From: a virus
Taxonomy: Duplodnaviria > Caudoviricetes
DNA length: 34,657 nt
Virus record (IMG/VR): IMGVR_UViG_3300042366_001181
Coordinates: 1 to 34,657 of that record
Direction: 5' to 3' (one strand)
Each line of letters starts with the position of its first letter. Within the stretch, counting starts at the first letter, position 1. Shown here piece by piece: positions 17,766 to 26,288 of the stretch. The notes beneath the pieces were generated by a model. The model made no database searches, was not told the origin of the DNA, and worked only from the letters and a program-made list of their open reading frames with translations. Made by a program: the position numbers and the translations under genes.

Positions 17766-18047
17766 ATGATGGCTTGGAATTTGTTTGTGATATTTGCCGC
17801 CGCGGCGTTTGGTTTTTATGTCGGGGAGAACAAGCGGACGATCAAAGGGGAGAAGCTGTTTTTCGTAGTGTGTGCGGGAGTGGCGTTGTTATGGTGTGCG
17901 CATCGCTACAGTTGGGAAGAGATAGCAGATAGCAAGAGGGCATACCTGGTCGATGGATGGAGCCAGACGCGGATCGGAGTGCTGTTTAATGCGCCAAGGG
18001 ACCCCGCGTCGGACGATTCGGGACGAGACAGGTATTCGCCGTTTTGA
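17766..18047 (+). CDS. hypothetical 2-TM membrane protein
   Basis: two hydrophobic segments; lower GC. Confidence 0.55.
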   Translation: MMAWNLFVIFAAAAFGFYVGENKRTIKGEKLFFVVCAGVALLWCAHRYSWEEIADSKRAYLVDGWSQTRIGVLFNAPRDPASDDSGRDRYSPF

Positions 18048-18115
18048 CAATTACCAATACGATCCCGGCCATGGACCGTGAATGATATTGGCTTCCGAAT
18101 ACTCGGCAGCTAACA

Positions 18116-18394
18116 CTAGAGTCCCACATTGTCGGCAGCGCGTGCCGTGGGGTTTTGCGGGTTGTCGAGTGGGTAGGAAATTACTTTGCCGGCGTGGCTT
18201 TTGTGGATGGTGATGGTAAGGCCGCGGGCCACGGCGTCGTGGATGCATTCGCGGGCCATGGCCGAGCGGGTAAGGCTCGAGGCCTCGGCTAGGCGGCACA
18301 GCTCGGCGTCGGTGGCCTCGCTGATGGTGGTGCTAATGCGGGTGCGGCCCTTGCCGGCGGATTGGTCCGACTTGCGTCGGTTCGTGCGTTTCAT
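18116..18394 (-). CDS. ribbon-helix-helix regulator (putative immunity repressor)
   Basis: RTRISTTISEATDAELCRLAEASSLTRSAMARECIHDAV gives a beta-helix-helix pattern; divergent from the early operon. Confidence 0.7.
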   Translation of the reverse strand: MKRTNRRKSDQSAGKGRTRISTTISEATDAELCRLAEASSLTRSAMARECIHDAVARGLTITIHKSHAGKVISYPLDNPQNPTARAADNVGL

Positions 18395-18418
18395 GGGATG
18401 AATTTGGCACGGTTTAAA

Positions 18419-18465
18419 GTTCTAGCAAGAATTATCTTGCGTTCTAGGTAGAACTACCTAGAAGT
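18419..18465. promoter_or_regulatory. operator/divergent promoter region with two inverted repeats
   Basis: GCAAGA-atta-TCTTGC (18425-18440) and TTCTAGGTAG-aa-CTACCTAGAA (18442-18463); GTTCTAG also at 18419. Confidence 0.75.
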
Positions 18466-18472
18466 ATTCCTC

Positions 18473-18646
18473 ATGCCCACCAAAGTGCTCGCCCTGCACG
18501 TGCCGGCGGATGTCATCAAGCGAATCGACGAACACGCGCAAAGCCTGTGTTTAAGCCGATCCGCGGCTGTCCGGCTTATCCTCATCAATGAACTTGAGCG
18601 GCGCCGGATGCAATCCGACGACGCGCAACCGGAGGCCGCCGCGTGA
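18473..18646 (+). CDS. CopG/Arc-like ribbon-helix-helix protein (Cro-equivalent; 57 aa, not in ORF track)
   Basis: MPTKVLALHVPADVIKRIDEHAQSLCLSRSAAVRLILINELERRR... Confidence 0.75.
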   Translation: MPTKVLALHVPADVIKRIDEHAQSLCLSRSAAVRLILINELERRRMQSDDAQPEAAA

Positions 18647-18747
18647 GTGATTCGGCCCTGCTTTTATTTTTGCTGGCGTGGTTCCTGGTCGGATGTGCCG
18701 GGGTTTGCCATGAAGCCGGGAAGCTACTCCGGAGGCGCCGGCTATGA
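18643..18747 (+). CDS. tiny membrane/lipoprotein (34 aa)
   Basis: GTG start overlapping the previous stop, LVGC, basic tail; ATGA overlap with the next gene. Confidence 0.4.
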   Translation: MSDSALLLFLLAWFLVGCAGVCHEAGKLLRRRRL

Positions 18748-18980
18748 GCCTGGCGGCAACAATGTCTCGGGTCGAGCGCGGCCGTTTTTCGGCTGAGATC
18801 CAACGGGCACCGCGGGCGACTGTGGTCCCGACGTTGCGCCGGTGGATGGTCATGGCGTTCTGCCCGATCACCGGGCCTTGGCGACAGCTGGTGCAGGCCG
18901 AGTCGGCCTCCGGCGCCATCGTCAAATACTGCGCCGAGCACGATCTATCGCCGGATCAATGCCAGGCGGTGCCGGACTGA
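18744..18980 (+). CDS. hypothetical protein
   Basis: 78-aa ORF translationally coupled in the early operon. Confidence 0.55.
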   Translation: MSLAATMSRVERGRFSAEIQRAPRATVVPTLRRWMVMAFCPITGPWRQLVQAESASGAIVKYCAEHDLSPDQCQAVPD

Positions 18981-19003
18981 CGACCCGCCCTTTTCTTTTT
19001 TTT
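18966..19003 (+). terminator. possible intrinsic terminator/attenuator
   Basis: weak GGCGG...CCGCC stem followed by TTTTCTTTTTTTT. Confidence 0.35.
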
Positions 19004-19005
19004 GT

Positions 19006-19239
19006 ATGTTAAACCAATCCAAGGAAACAAACAAACCTGGGGAGCTGCCTCAGTGTTACTCTGTGTCGCAGCTGTGCGATCGCACCGGATTAAGCCGTGC
19101 GACTCTCAGCCGGGCGCTTAGCCGCGGCGAGCTGGAGCACTATCGGATCGGCTCGAGGGCTGTCATCCCGGCGCCGGCGGTCATCCTTTGGCTGGAACGC
19201 AACAAGGTTGCCCGCCGTCCTGCTTTGCGCGTGGCATGA
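19006..19239 (+). CDS. excisionase-like HTH (HTH_17) protein
   Basis: YSVSQLCDRTGLSRATLSRALSRGELEHYRIGSRAVIP..WLE. Confidence 0.8.
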   Translation: MLNQSKETNKPGELPQCYSVSQLCDRTGLSRATLSRALSRGELEHYRIGSRAVIPAPAVILWLERNKVARRPALRVA

Positions 19240-20162
19240 GTAAGAAGGCTAACAGCCTAATCGTTGCCGAGGCCGAGGCTGAGGCTTCGGCCCCCGCCCT
19301 TTCTTTTTTTGAGGAAGTCGAAAGAGGTGAGATAGAGCTGGCTGCTGCTGGTGAGTTCACCGGCGAGCGGTTGTTCCGTGACCGGCCAGAGATTTACCAG
19401 GCGATCGTCCGCATGACGGCCGAGGGGCTCAGCATCTCGGCTGCCGCTCGGGCGCTTCGCGTCTCTCGCAATACAGTGTGCGCAGTCAGGGAGAGGGAAG
19501 CTGTTCCTATAGAGCAGGAGAAAAAGGAAGTGTTGAACCTGTTGCGGAAGGGGATGCGACTCGGAGCTGAGCGCACCCTCGAGCTTTTGCCTGACACCAA
19601 GTCAGCCAAGGATGCTGCACTGGTCACGGCCATCATGGCGGACAAGCACCAGCTGCTGTCAGGTGAGGCGACCAGCCGGATCGAGCGGGTCGAGGCAAGG
19701 CCAGACCAAGTGCGTCAATACCTGGACAGCCTGCCAGTCATCGAGGCCGAGATCGTCGAGTGTGAGATTTCAACCGGTATTGCCGGCGAGATCCCTGGAC
19801 AAAAGGGGACCGACGCACCGGCCGCCGCGCCTCTGTTGCTGGCGCCGTCCTCTGATATAGGATCAGATGATCTTTGCCCCTGTCACACTGTAGAGGCGCA
19901 GACGTGGGCCACACCAAGGGCCACGCATGATGACACCACCCCCCCACCCAGGGGGGGAGGGGGTCCGGATACTGACTACCCCCAGCCCCAAGGTATTGAT
20001 CCCGAAAAACAGAATTTTGGCCAAAGGGCCAATGTCCGCGGTTTCGGTCTTGGGGAACCGGCCGCGGACAAAACTCTATGCAAACGCACACCACCGAAAA
20101 AGAAGGGCTCCTCGAAGAAGGCGCCGACTACAGCAAAAAAGAAGGGGGGCTCCGAGTGTTGA
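19236..20162 (+). CDS. putative terminase small subunit (HTH) with low-complexity C-terminal extension
   Basis: GLSISAAARALRVSRNTV HTH; IMADKHQLLSGEATSRIE motif; ATG 19236 overlaps the previous stop. Confidence 0.55.
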   Translation: MSKKANSLIVAEAEAEASAPALSFFEEVERGEIELAAAGEFTGERLFRDRPEIYQAIVRMTAEGLSISAAARALRVSRNTVCAVREREAVPIEQEKKEVLNLLRKGMRLGAERTLELLPDTKSAKDAALVTAIMADKHQLLSGEATSRIERVEARPDQVRQYLDSLPVIEAEIVECEISTGIAGEIPGQKGTDAPAAAPLLLAPSSDIGSDDLCPCHTVEAQTWATPRATHDDTTPPPRGGGGPDTDYPQPQGIDPEKQNFGQRANVRGFGLGEPAADKTLCKRTPPKKKGSSKKAPTTAKKKGGSEC

Positions 20163-20512
20163 CGCGCACTGGAGTGAACAAGGTCGCTGAGATGCTGCGC
20201 CAACGCCGGCAGCAGGCCCAGCAGCCGCCACCCGAGCCCGAAAGTGTTCCGGTAGCGGAACCCGAAAAAAAAGAAGAGTGGCGCCCGGGCGAGGGGATCG
20301 GGACCGCACCGGCGCCCATCTTCGCCACGGCTCTGCGCTCCCGCAACCTGCCGAACCGCAAGCGTCTCAGCTGCACGATCAACGGCCAAGAGCACGCCGT
20401 CCTGGTCCGCGACACCGGCTACTACCGCCAAGGCGAGTCCTTCGAAGTCCACCTCAACGACTACGGCGAATGGGAAGCCACCGTGCACCGCAGTCAGCCC
20501 CGCTTCCGATGA
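20078..20512 (+). CDS. hypothetical protein
   Basis: 144 aa, LEEGADY...LTRTGVNKV N-terminus; ATGA coupling to the next gene. Confidence 0.6.
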   Translation: MQTHTTEKEGLLEEGADYSKKEGGLRVLTRTGVNKVAEMLRQRRQQAQQPPPEPESVPVAEPEKKEEWRPGEGIGTAPAPIFATALRSRNLPNRKRLSCTINGQEHAVLVRDTGYYRQGESFEVHLNDYGEWEATVHRSQPRFR

Positions 20513-20700
20513 ACGACCTCGACCACCCCCAATGGTGCTGCCTGTGCCCACGCCGCGCCGGCTTCCTCACCGACGTCGGCTTCCTTTGCTCCGGCTGCTT
20601 CTACGAAACCCAAAAAATCATGATCTGGCTCCTGACCAATCTCGGCTGGCGCCCCATGGACAAACACGAACGCCACGCCCATGACCACAAAACAGCCTGA
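20509..20700 (+). CDS. small Cys-rich (Zn-finger-like) protein
   Basis: CCLC...LCSGC; ATG 20509. Confidence 0.5.
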   Translation: MNDLDHPQWCCLCPRRAGFLTDVGFLCSGCFYETQKIMIWLLTNLGWRPMDKHERHAHDHKTA

Positions 20701-20833
20701 CCCACTCCACCCCGCGCCCCACCGCGCCGCCAAGCCCCCCGTCATCCTCCGCGAGAGCGACGGCCGTCGCCAGCTCGTCGGCTACCTCGGCTGGCGCACC
20801 ATCCTCACCCGCCTCGCCAACCCCCGCCCGTGA
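20681..20833 (+). CDS. hypothetical protein (50 aa)
   Basis: MTTKQPDPLHPAPHRAAKPPVILRESDGRRQLVGYLGW...; coupled to neighbours. Confidence 0.4.
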   Translation: MTTKQPDPLHPAPHRAAKPPVILRESDGRRQLVGYLGWRTILTRLANPRP

Positions 20834-21021
20834 AAAAAATGAACGGCCGCACCATCGAAATCGAACCCGGCACCATCGGCTACCAGCACTTTGACGCCGC
20901 CGCCATGAACCGCGCCCTCAACGCCTGGGCCAAACGCCGCGGCATCACCTGGGAGAGCCCCTTCCGCAAACCCCTCCAATTCGGCCGCAAAAAGAAAGGA
21001 ACCCCCTCCCATGGCAGGTGA
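20830..21021 (+). CDS. hypothetical protein
   Basis: 63-aa ORF in operon. Confidence 0.5.
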   Translation: MKKMNGRTIEIEPGTIGYQHFDAAAMNRALNAWAKRRGITWESPFRKPLQFGRKKKGTPSHGR

Positions 21022-21940
21022 TTGGATCAAACTCCGCACGAACCTCCCCGGCGATCCCGCCGTCATCGCCATGGCCCGCGCCCTCCGCGAAGACGCCTTC
21101 ACCATCGTCGGCCGCCTCCATGCCTTGTGGGCCTGGGCCGACCAGCACACCGACGACGGCGATCTGCCCTACACGGTCCTCGCCGACATCGACGACGTGG
21201 TGAAGAAACGCGGCTTCGCCCAGCAAATGCTCCGCGTTGGCTGGCTCGAGCACCGCGGCGAAGAGCCCGGCGTCATCATCCCCATGTGGGACCGCCACAA
21301 CGGCCGCAGCGCCAAGAAACGCTGCCTCGACAGTGAAGCCCAACGCCGCAAACGCGAAACCCACACTGACATAAATCGAACCATGTCAGAATCCCATTCT
21401 GACAAAACACGACCCGAGCCTGACCAGAGAAGAGAAGAGAAGAGTAACACCCCTATAGTCCCCGCAAGCGGGGACAAAGAGCTCGAGGAAAAACCAGCTC
21501 ATCTCCTCCGCGCAATGGCCCTTTTCCGCATGCGCCCGGCCACCCCGCTCGACCGATCCACCCGCCGCGCCTGGAAGCTCGCCGCCCCCGCCGTCGCCGC
21601 CACGTCCGACGCCGAATGGTCCCGCCTCGAAGCCTACTACGCCGCCGAGCTCGCCGACAAAGACGACTACCGCCGCCAAGACCTCAGCACCCTGCTGAAC
21701 AACTGGTCCGGCGAACTCACCAAAGCCGCCCGCTACTGCGAACGCCAAGGCCTGCATCCCGATTCCGCAAAAAAAGAAAAAGACGGGGGCGCCCCGCCCG
21801 ACGACCTCTGGCGCGAAGTCCTCCACGCCCTTTATCCCGATAGCGACCCGTCCGTCTACAGCACCTGGTCCCAAGTCCCCGACAGCCTCCGCGCTGAGAT
21901 CCTGTCCGCCATACAGCTCGCCGAAAAGGAGGCCGCATGA
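21011..21940 (+). CDS. phage replication initiator protein
   Basis: MAGDWIKLRTNLPGDPAV..VGRLHALWAWADQHTDDG N-terminus, charged linker (PDQRREEK), upstream of DnaB. Confidence 0.8.
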   Translation: MAGDWIKLRTNLPGDPAVIAMARALREDAFTIVGRLHALWAWADQHTDDGDLPYTVLADIDDVVKKRGFAQQMLRVGWLEHRGEEPGVIIPMWDRHNGRSAKKRCLDSEAQRRKRETHTDINRTMSESHSDKTRPEPDQRREEKSNTPIVPASGDKELEEKPAHLLRAMALFRMRPATPLDRSTRRAWKLAAPAVAATSDAEWSRLEAYYAAELADKDDYRRQDLSTLLNNWSGELTKAARYCERQGLHPDSAKKEKDGGAPPDDLWREVLHALYPDSDPSVYSTWSQVPDSLRAEILSAIQLAEKEAA

Positions 21941-22035
21941 TCGCCCCCGTGCTCGCCTACATCCTGCTCTTCGGCCTCCTCGCCATCATCCTCGCCACCA
22001 TCTTCGACGACGACAACGGCCCCCGCCATCCATGA
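21937..22035 (+). CDS. tiny membrane protein (32 aa)
   Basis: MIAPVLAYILLFGLLAIILATIFDDDNGPRHP; ATGA overlaps at both ends; AGGAGG RBS. Confidence 0.5.
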   Translation: MIAPVLAYILLFGLLAIILATIFDDDNGPRHP

Positions 22036-22340
22036 GCCGCGCCCTACAGACCGCCTTCCGCATGTGCAGCCGCAAAGTCCGCTACGCCCGCGCCGCCGAC
22101 GCCCAACGCGACCAACCCGGCATGCGTCATTACCACTGCCCCATCTGCGCCGGCTGGCACGCCAGCAGCCCCGCCTGGCACAAGCTCCGCGCCTACAAAC
22201 GCCTCAAGCGCAAGATCCAAGAAGCCATTTGGTTTAACCCCATACCTTTGCCCCTGACCCATGGTGCGGCGGGAGATCCGCCGACCGGGCGCCACACAGT
22301 AGTGCACCGCATGAAACAGGCAGGAGCAACCCCCCTATGA
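22032..22340 (+). CDS. hypothetical Zn-binding protein
   Basis: CSRKVRY...YHCPICAGWH motif. Confidence 0.6.
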   Translation: MSRALQTAFRMCSRKVRYARAADAQRDQPGMRHYHCPICAGWHASSPAWHKLRAYKRLKRKIQEAIWFNPIPLPLTHGAAGDPPTGRHTVVHRMKQAGATPL

Positions 22341-22435
22341 CAAACAAAACCCGCACCCAACTCCGCACCGGCCTCCTCCTGTTGGCCGCCTTCGCCATCT
22401 ACACCGCCCTCGGCCTCGCCCTCATATTCCCATGA
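22337..22435 (+). CDS. tiny membrane protein (32 aa)
   Basis: MTNKTRTQLRTGLLLLAAFAIYTALGLALIFP; ATGA overlaps. Confidence 0.5.
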   Translation: MTNKTRTQLRTGLLLLAAFAIYTALGLALIFP

Positions 22436-22608
22436 ACAAATTCCCCAAAGACTTCCCCACCGCGCCGACCAGCATCCAACTCGCCGAGCTCTATGACAAA
22501 GCCGCCCAGCGCATCAAGAAGCTCGAAGAAGCCCTCAAACTCTGCGCCCCGCTCACCCAACGCGCCATCGACGCCAGAAGCGAAGCCCTCGACCCCGACT
22601 TGCAATGA
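22432..22608 (+). CDS. hypothetical coiled-coil protein (58 aa)
   Basis: AELYDKAAQRIKKLEEALK; ATGA overlaps. Confidence 0.55.
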   Translation: MNKFPKDFPTAPTSIQLAELYDKAAQRIKKLEEALKLCAPLTQRAIDARSEALDPDLQ

Positions 22609-22829
22609 AACACACCAGCTCACCCCTCCGGCACTACAAGCAGAAGCTCGGTCTCACCACCACCACCTTCCGCAAATGGCGTCGCACCACCATGCGCGGC
22701 CGCCGCACCACCCCCGGCACCGCCGCCACCAACTTCCACGGCCGCGCCCGCGTCAAACGCCTCCGCCTCCGCAAACTCCAGCGCATCGCCCGCCAGGTAG
22801 GGCGGGGCCTCCGGACCCGCCGCCTCTGA
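22605..22829 (+). CDS. highly basic hypothetical protein
   Basis: 74 aa, Arg/Lys-rich; ATGA overlap. Confidence 0.5.
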   Translation: MKHTSSPLRHYKQKLGLTTTTFRKWRRTTMRGRRTTPGTAATNFHGRARVKRLRLRKLQRIARQVGRGLRTRRL

Positions 22830-22866
22830 CCCTCTGAAATCTCAAATTTCAAATCTCCAATCCACC

Positions 22867-23205
22867 ATGACCCTCCTCACCCTCAGCCACCAAATCCTCA
22901 AGCAGAAGATCCACGATCTCCTCCGCGCCAACCCCGCCATCACCAAGCGAGACCTGTCCGACCAACTCGGCGTCACCTACGCGTCCCTGCAAGCCTTCCT
23001 CAAGAAAGCCGGCATCACCATCGAGCGCCCCCGCCGCAACCGCCTCAAAGCCCCCCAGCTCAACTCCCGCGCCTTCCGCGTCCTCGGCTACCTCATCAAC
23101 CACCCCCACAGCACCCTTCAACACGTCGCCGACCAATTCCACGTCACCCGCGAATACGTCAGCCAGATCGAAGTCAAAGCCAAAGCCGCCGGCATCATCC
23201 GCTGA
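22867..23205 (+). CDS. double-HTH regulator with sigma70 region-4-like domain
   Basis: ITKRDLSDQLGVTYASL and STLQHVADQFHVTREYVSQIEVKA. Confidence 0.7.
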   Translation: MTLLTLSHQILKQKIHDLLRANPAITKRDLSDQLGVTYASLQAFLKKAGITIERPRRNRLKAPQLNSRAFRVLGYLINHPHSTLQHVADQFHVTREYVSQIEVKAKAAGIIR

Positions 23206-23287
23206 CCCTCTCAAATTTCAAATCTCCAATTTCAAATCTCCAATCCCTGCCAACCGCCAACTGCCAACTTTCCCACCTTCCCACCAA

Positions 23288-24688
23288 ATGACCTCTCCCG
23301 ATTCCACCACCATCCCCCTCTGGTCCCACGAAGCCGAAGCCTCCCTCATCAGCTCCGTCCTCAACGGCGGCCAGCCCGCCCTCGACGCCGCCCTCGAGCT
23401 CGTCCAGGACGACTGGTTCTTCGCCCCGGTCAATAAAACCGCCTGGCTCCTCCTCAAAGACATCGCCCACAAACGCCAACCCCTCGACCTCCTCACCTAC
23501 ACCGAGGCCTGGCGCCAATCCGGCGAGCTGCAAAAGATCGAAGGCGGGGCGGGCTACATCACCAGCGAATACACCCGCATCGCCGGCAACCTCACCCATT
23601 GGGCCGACCAACTCCGCGACTACTGGCGCCGCCGCGAGATCCACCGCATCGGCCTCGAACTCGTCCTCGAGAGCCGCAACTTCCAACGCCCCACCGACGA
23701 CATCCTCGACGCCAGCGAAAAAATGCTCCTCGACCTCCGCCTCGAGACCAAGCAATCCGGCCTCGTCCATTGTGCCGACGCCGTCGACGCCGCCGCCACC
23801 CGCATCGAACTCGCCCACAAAAAGCGCGGCAAACCCATCGGCATCGCCACCGGCTTCAGCGACTTGGACCGCATGACCGGCGGCCTCAAGCCCGGCCAGC
23901 TCGTCATCATCGCCGCCCGCCCGTCCATGGGCAAATCCGCCTTCGCCACCAACATCGCCGAGCACGCCTGCCTCACCGACAAAGTGCCAACGGCCCTTTT
24001 CAGCCTAGAAATGACCGGCGAAGAATTAATGGAACGCGTCCTCTGCACCCAATCCGGCGTCAAACTCCAACGCGTCCGCGACGGCTTTATGTCAAAGGAC
24101 GAAATGGCCAAGCTCGGCCGCAAAGTAGGCGAGATCGTCGACGCCCCCCTGTATCTCGACGAGACCCCCGCGCTGTCCATCGCCGCCTTCCGCGCCCGAG
24201 CGAGACGCGCCGTAGCGAAACACGGCGTCAAACTCCTCATCATCGACTACCTCCAGCTCATGAAAGGCAGCACCAAACGCGCCGCCCAAGACCGCCGCCT
24301 CGAGATCGACGAAATCAGCTCCGGCCTCAAAGCCACCGCCAAAGAACTAGGCGTCCCCGTCATCGCCCTGAGCCAGCTCAACCGCGACGCCGAAGAAAGA
24401 GCCGAGCCCAAGCTCAGCCACCTCCGCGAGAGCGGTAGCATCGAACAAGACGCCGACGTCGTTGCACTGCTCCACCGCCCCGAACGAGTAAGTCATAAAG
24501 AAGAAGACAAAGGCAAAGCCGTCCTGATCCTGGCCAAGCAAAGAAACGGCCCCGTCGGCAGAATCGAAATGCACTTCGACGCCGAAATCACCCAATTCCG
24601 CAGCTCAACCGAAAAGCTCTACAGCAACAACAAAGCCGAACGCCAAACCTACCAACCCAAAAACTTCAACGACCCCGACGGGAACTAA
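23288..24688 (+). CDS. dnaB: replicative DNA helicase
   Basis: AARPSMGKSA Walker A, FSLEM, IIDYLQL, LSQLNR, LRESGSIEQDAD, KQRNGP. Confidence 0.97.
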   Translation: MTSPDSTTIPLWSHEAEASLISSVLNGGQPALDAALELVQDDWFFAPVNKTAWLLLKDIAHKRQPLDLLTYTEAWRQSGELQKIEGGAGYITSEYTRIAGNLTHWADQLRDYWRRREIHRIGLELVLESRNFQRPTDDILDASEKMLLDLRLETKQSGLVHCADAVDAAATRIELAHKKRGKPIGIATGFSDLDRMTGGLKPGQLVIIAARPSMGKSAFATNIAEHACLTDKVPTALFSLEMTGEELMERVLCTQSGVKLQRVRDGFMSKDEMAKLGRKVGEIVDAPLYLDETPALSIAAFRARARRAVAKHGVKLLIIDYLQLMKGSTKRAAQDRRLEIDEISSGLKATAKELGVPVIALSQLNRDAEERAEPKLSHLRESGSIEQDADVVALLHRPERVSHKEEDKGKAVLILAKQRNGPVGRIEMHFDAEITQFRSSTEKLYSNNKAERQTYQPKNFNDPDGN

Positions 24689-24693
24689 CCACC

Positions 24694-24990
24694 ATGAAAA
24701 CCACCAAGAAGAAACCCAAAGTCAAACGCAAGGCCAAGCGGCCTGTTGATCCGGCCCATCCCAAGCAAGTCAACGCCGCCCTCGACAAAGCCGACTACTG
24801 CATCGCCCAAATCGCCTGCGGCATGGCCACCGAAAAAGCCGTGCTCTTCACCCTTGAGCGCTTCATCCGCTGCCACCGCGTTCAGCTCGCCAAGTTTATC
24901 ATCGAAAACTCCGACTGCGCCAACCCCGTGGAACTGGCCCGCCGCATTCTGGTCATCTGCAAATGGCTCGAACTTAAAACCCGCAACTAG
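24694..24990 (+). CDS. hypothetical protein
   Basis: 98-aa ORF, consistent codon usage. Confidence 0.6.
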   Translation: MKTTKKKPKVKRKAKRPVDPAHPKQVNAALDKADYCIAQIACGMATEKAVLFTLERFIRCHRVQLAKFIIENSDCANPVELARRILVICKWLELKTRN

Positions 24991-24992
24991 CC

Positions 24993-25313
24993 ATGAGCCA
25001 CCAAGAAAAGATCGAAAGAATCAACGCCCAGCTCAACACCAGCGAGACCTGGGCCAGACGCTGGCAAGTCGAGCGCGAGCACAACGAACGCCTCTGCAAA
25101 CAAGCCAGTCTCGCCCGCGAAGGCATCCAGCAACTCCGCGCCCGCGCCATCGAACGCTACAGTCACAACCAACGCTACGCCGCCGACCTCCGCACCGCGG
25201 ACGACCCCAAACGCGCCGACGTCTACGAACGCATGTGCGTCGTCCAATCCGGCATGGTCCGCGCCCTAGACGACGTCCTCCAACTCTTCGACCAAATCGA
25301 CCGGGCGGACTAA
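24993..25313 (+). CDS. hypothetical protein
   Basis: 106-aa helical ORF. Confidence 0.6.
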   Translation: MSHQEKIERINAQLNTSETWARRWQVEREHNERLCKQASLAREGIQQLRARAIERYSHNQRYAADLRTADDPKRADVYERMCVVQSGMVRALDDVLQLFDQIDRAD

Positions 25314-25359
25314 CCGCCCGGAGTTTTCAGTCTTCAGTCTTCAGTATTCAGCAAAACCC

Positions 25360-25650
25360 ATGATCGCAAAAATCCTCAACGCACTTCGGCCGCTTACCAT
25401 GCGGTCAAACCTCTGGCTGCTTATGTATCACCCCGAGCAAGGCCAGTTCACCGTCTGCCGCGCCGACAAAGAATGCGCCGTCAACGACCGACTCTACCGC
25501 GAAGGCCGGCTCAAGGAAATGAACGCTGGCCTGCTTTGCGCCGTCGAGTCGAGCGAAGCCGAAGCCATGAGCCAAATTCCCGTGCTCGCCAAAATGATCG
25601 GCCTGCGCTGGGACCCGGATCAATCCCGCTGGCTGCCAACTGACTCCTGA
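25360..25650 (+). CDS. hypothetical protein
   Basis: 96-aa ORF between repeat tracts. Confidence 0.6.
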   Translation: MIAKILNALRPLTMRSNLWLLMYHPEQGQFTVCRADKECAVNDRLYREGRLKEMNAGLLCAVESSEAEAMSQIPVLAKMIGLRWDPDQSRWLPTDS

Positions 25651-25699
25651 CTACTGCCAACTTTCCCACCTTCCCACCTTCCCACCTTCCTACCTCTTT

Positions 25700-25954
25700 A
25701 TGTCATACCAACCAAAACCCGACACCTGGACCCTATTCCCGAACAAATTCAAAAAAGACGGCAACCATCCCGACTTCAGCGGCACCGCGTTGCTCACCTT
25801 ACCCGACGGCACCCAGGCGGAATACAAACTCACCGCCTGGAAGCGCGTCACGAAAACCGACGTCAAATTCATCGGCGGCTTCATCAAAATCAAAGAACCC
25901 CAAAAAGAACTCCTCCCCGAAACCGAAGCCGGGGCAGGGGAGCAACCCTGGTAA
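25700..25954 (+). CDS. small putative ssDNA-binding (DUF736-like) protein
   Basis: LFPNKFKKDGNHPDFSG...LTAWKR..FIGG, acidic tail ending PW. Confidence 0.6.
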   Translation: MSYQPKPDTWTLFPNKFKKDGNHPDFSGTALLTLPDGTQAEYKLTAWKRVTKTDVKFIGGFIKIKEPQKELLPETEAGAGEQPW

Positions 25955-25956
25955 TC

Positions 25957-26268
25957 ATGAGCGCCGGCAAAGGCAGCAAACCAAGACCCGTGAACCCGCG
26001 CACCTACGCCGCGAACTACGCCGCGATCCGCTGGTCCGATCCTCCGACTGTTTCCACCCCGGTAGGGTCCGCTGGCCCAGCGGACCGCCCATCATATCCC
26101 GACTGGATATGCCACGAATGCGGCCGCAAGCACGGCCGCGGCTGGCCCGAAGGCCACGTCGCCACCTTCCACGCCGGCACCTGCGACATCTGCGGCCAAT
26201 CCGCCAGCGTCACCGAACCCCGCGACTACGGCCACCTCCGAGCCTGGCCACTGTCAACTGCCAACTGA
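25957..26268 (+). CDS. hypothetical Zn-finger protein with internal REP hairpin
   Basis: GKGSKPRP N-module; CHECG...CDICG..TEPRDYG C-module. Confidence 0.65.
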   Translation: MSAGKGSKPRPVNPRTYAANYAAIRWSDPPTVSTPVGSAGPADRPSYPDWICHECGRKHGRGWPEGHVATFHAGTCDICGQSASVTEPRDYGHLRAWPLSTAN

Positions 26269-26288
26269 AAACTGCCAACTCTGCCCTT

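Noticed and set aside
18051-18299. Alternate-frame ORF overlapping the RHH repressor, ending CRQC...NIIHGPWPGSYW (possible frameshift extension)
   Set aside because: No clear start or slippery site; insufficient support
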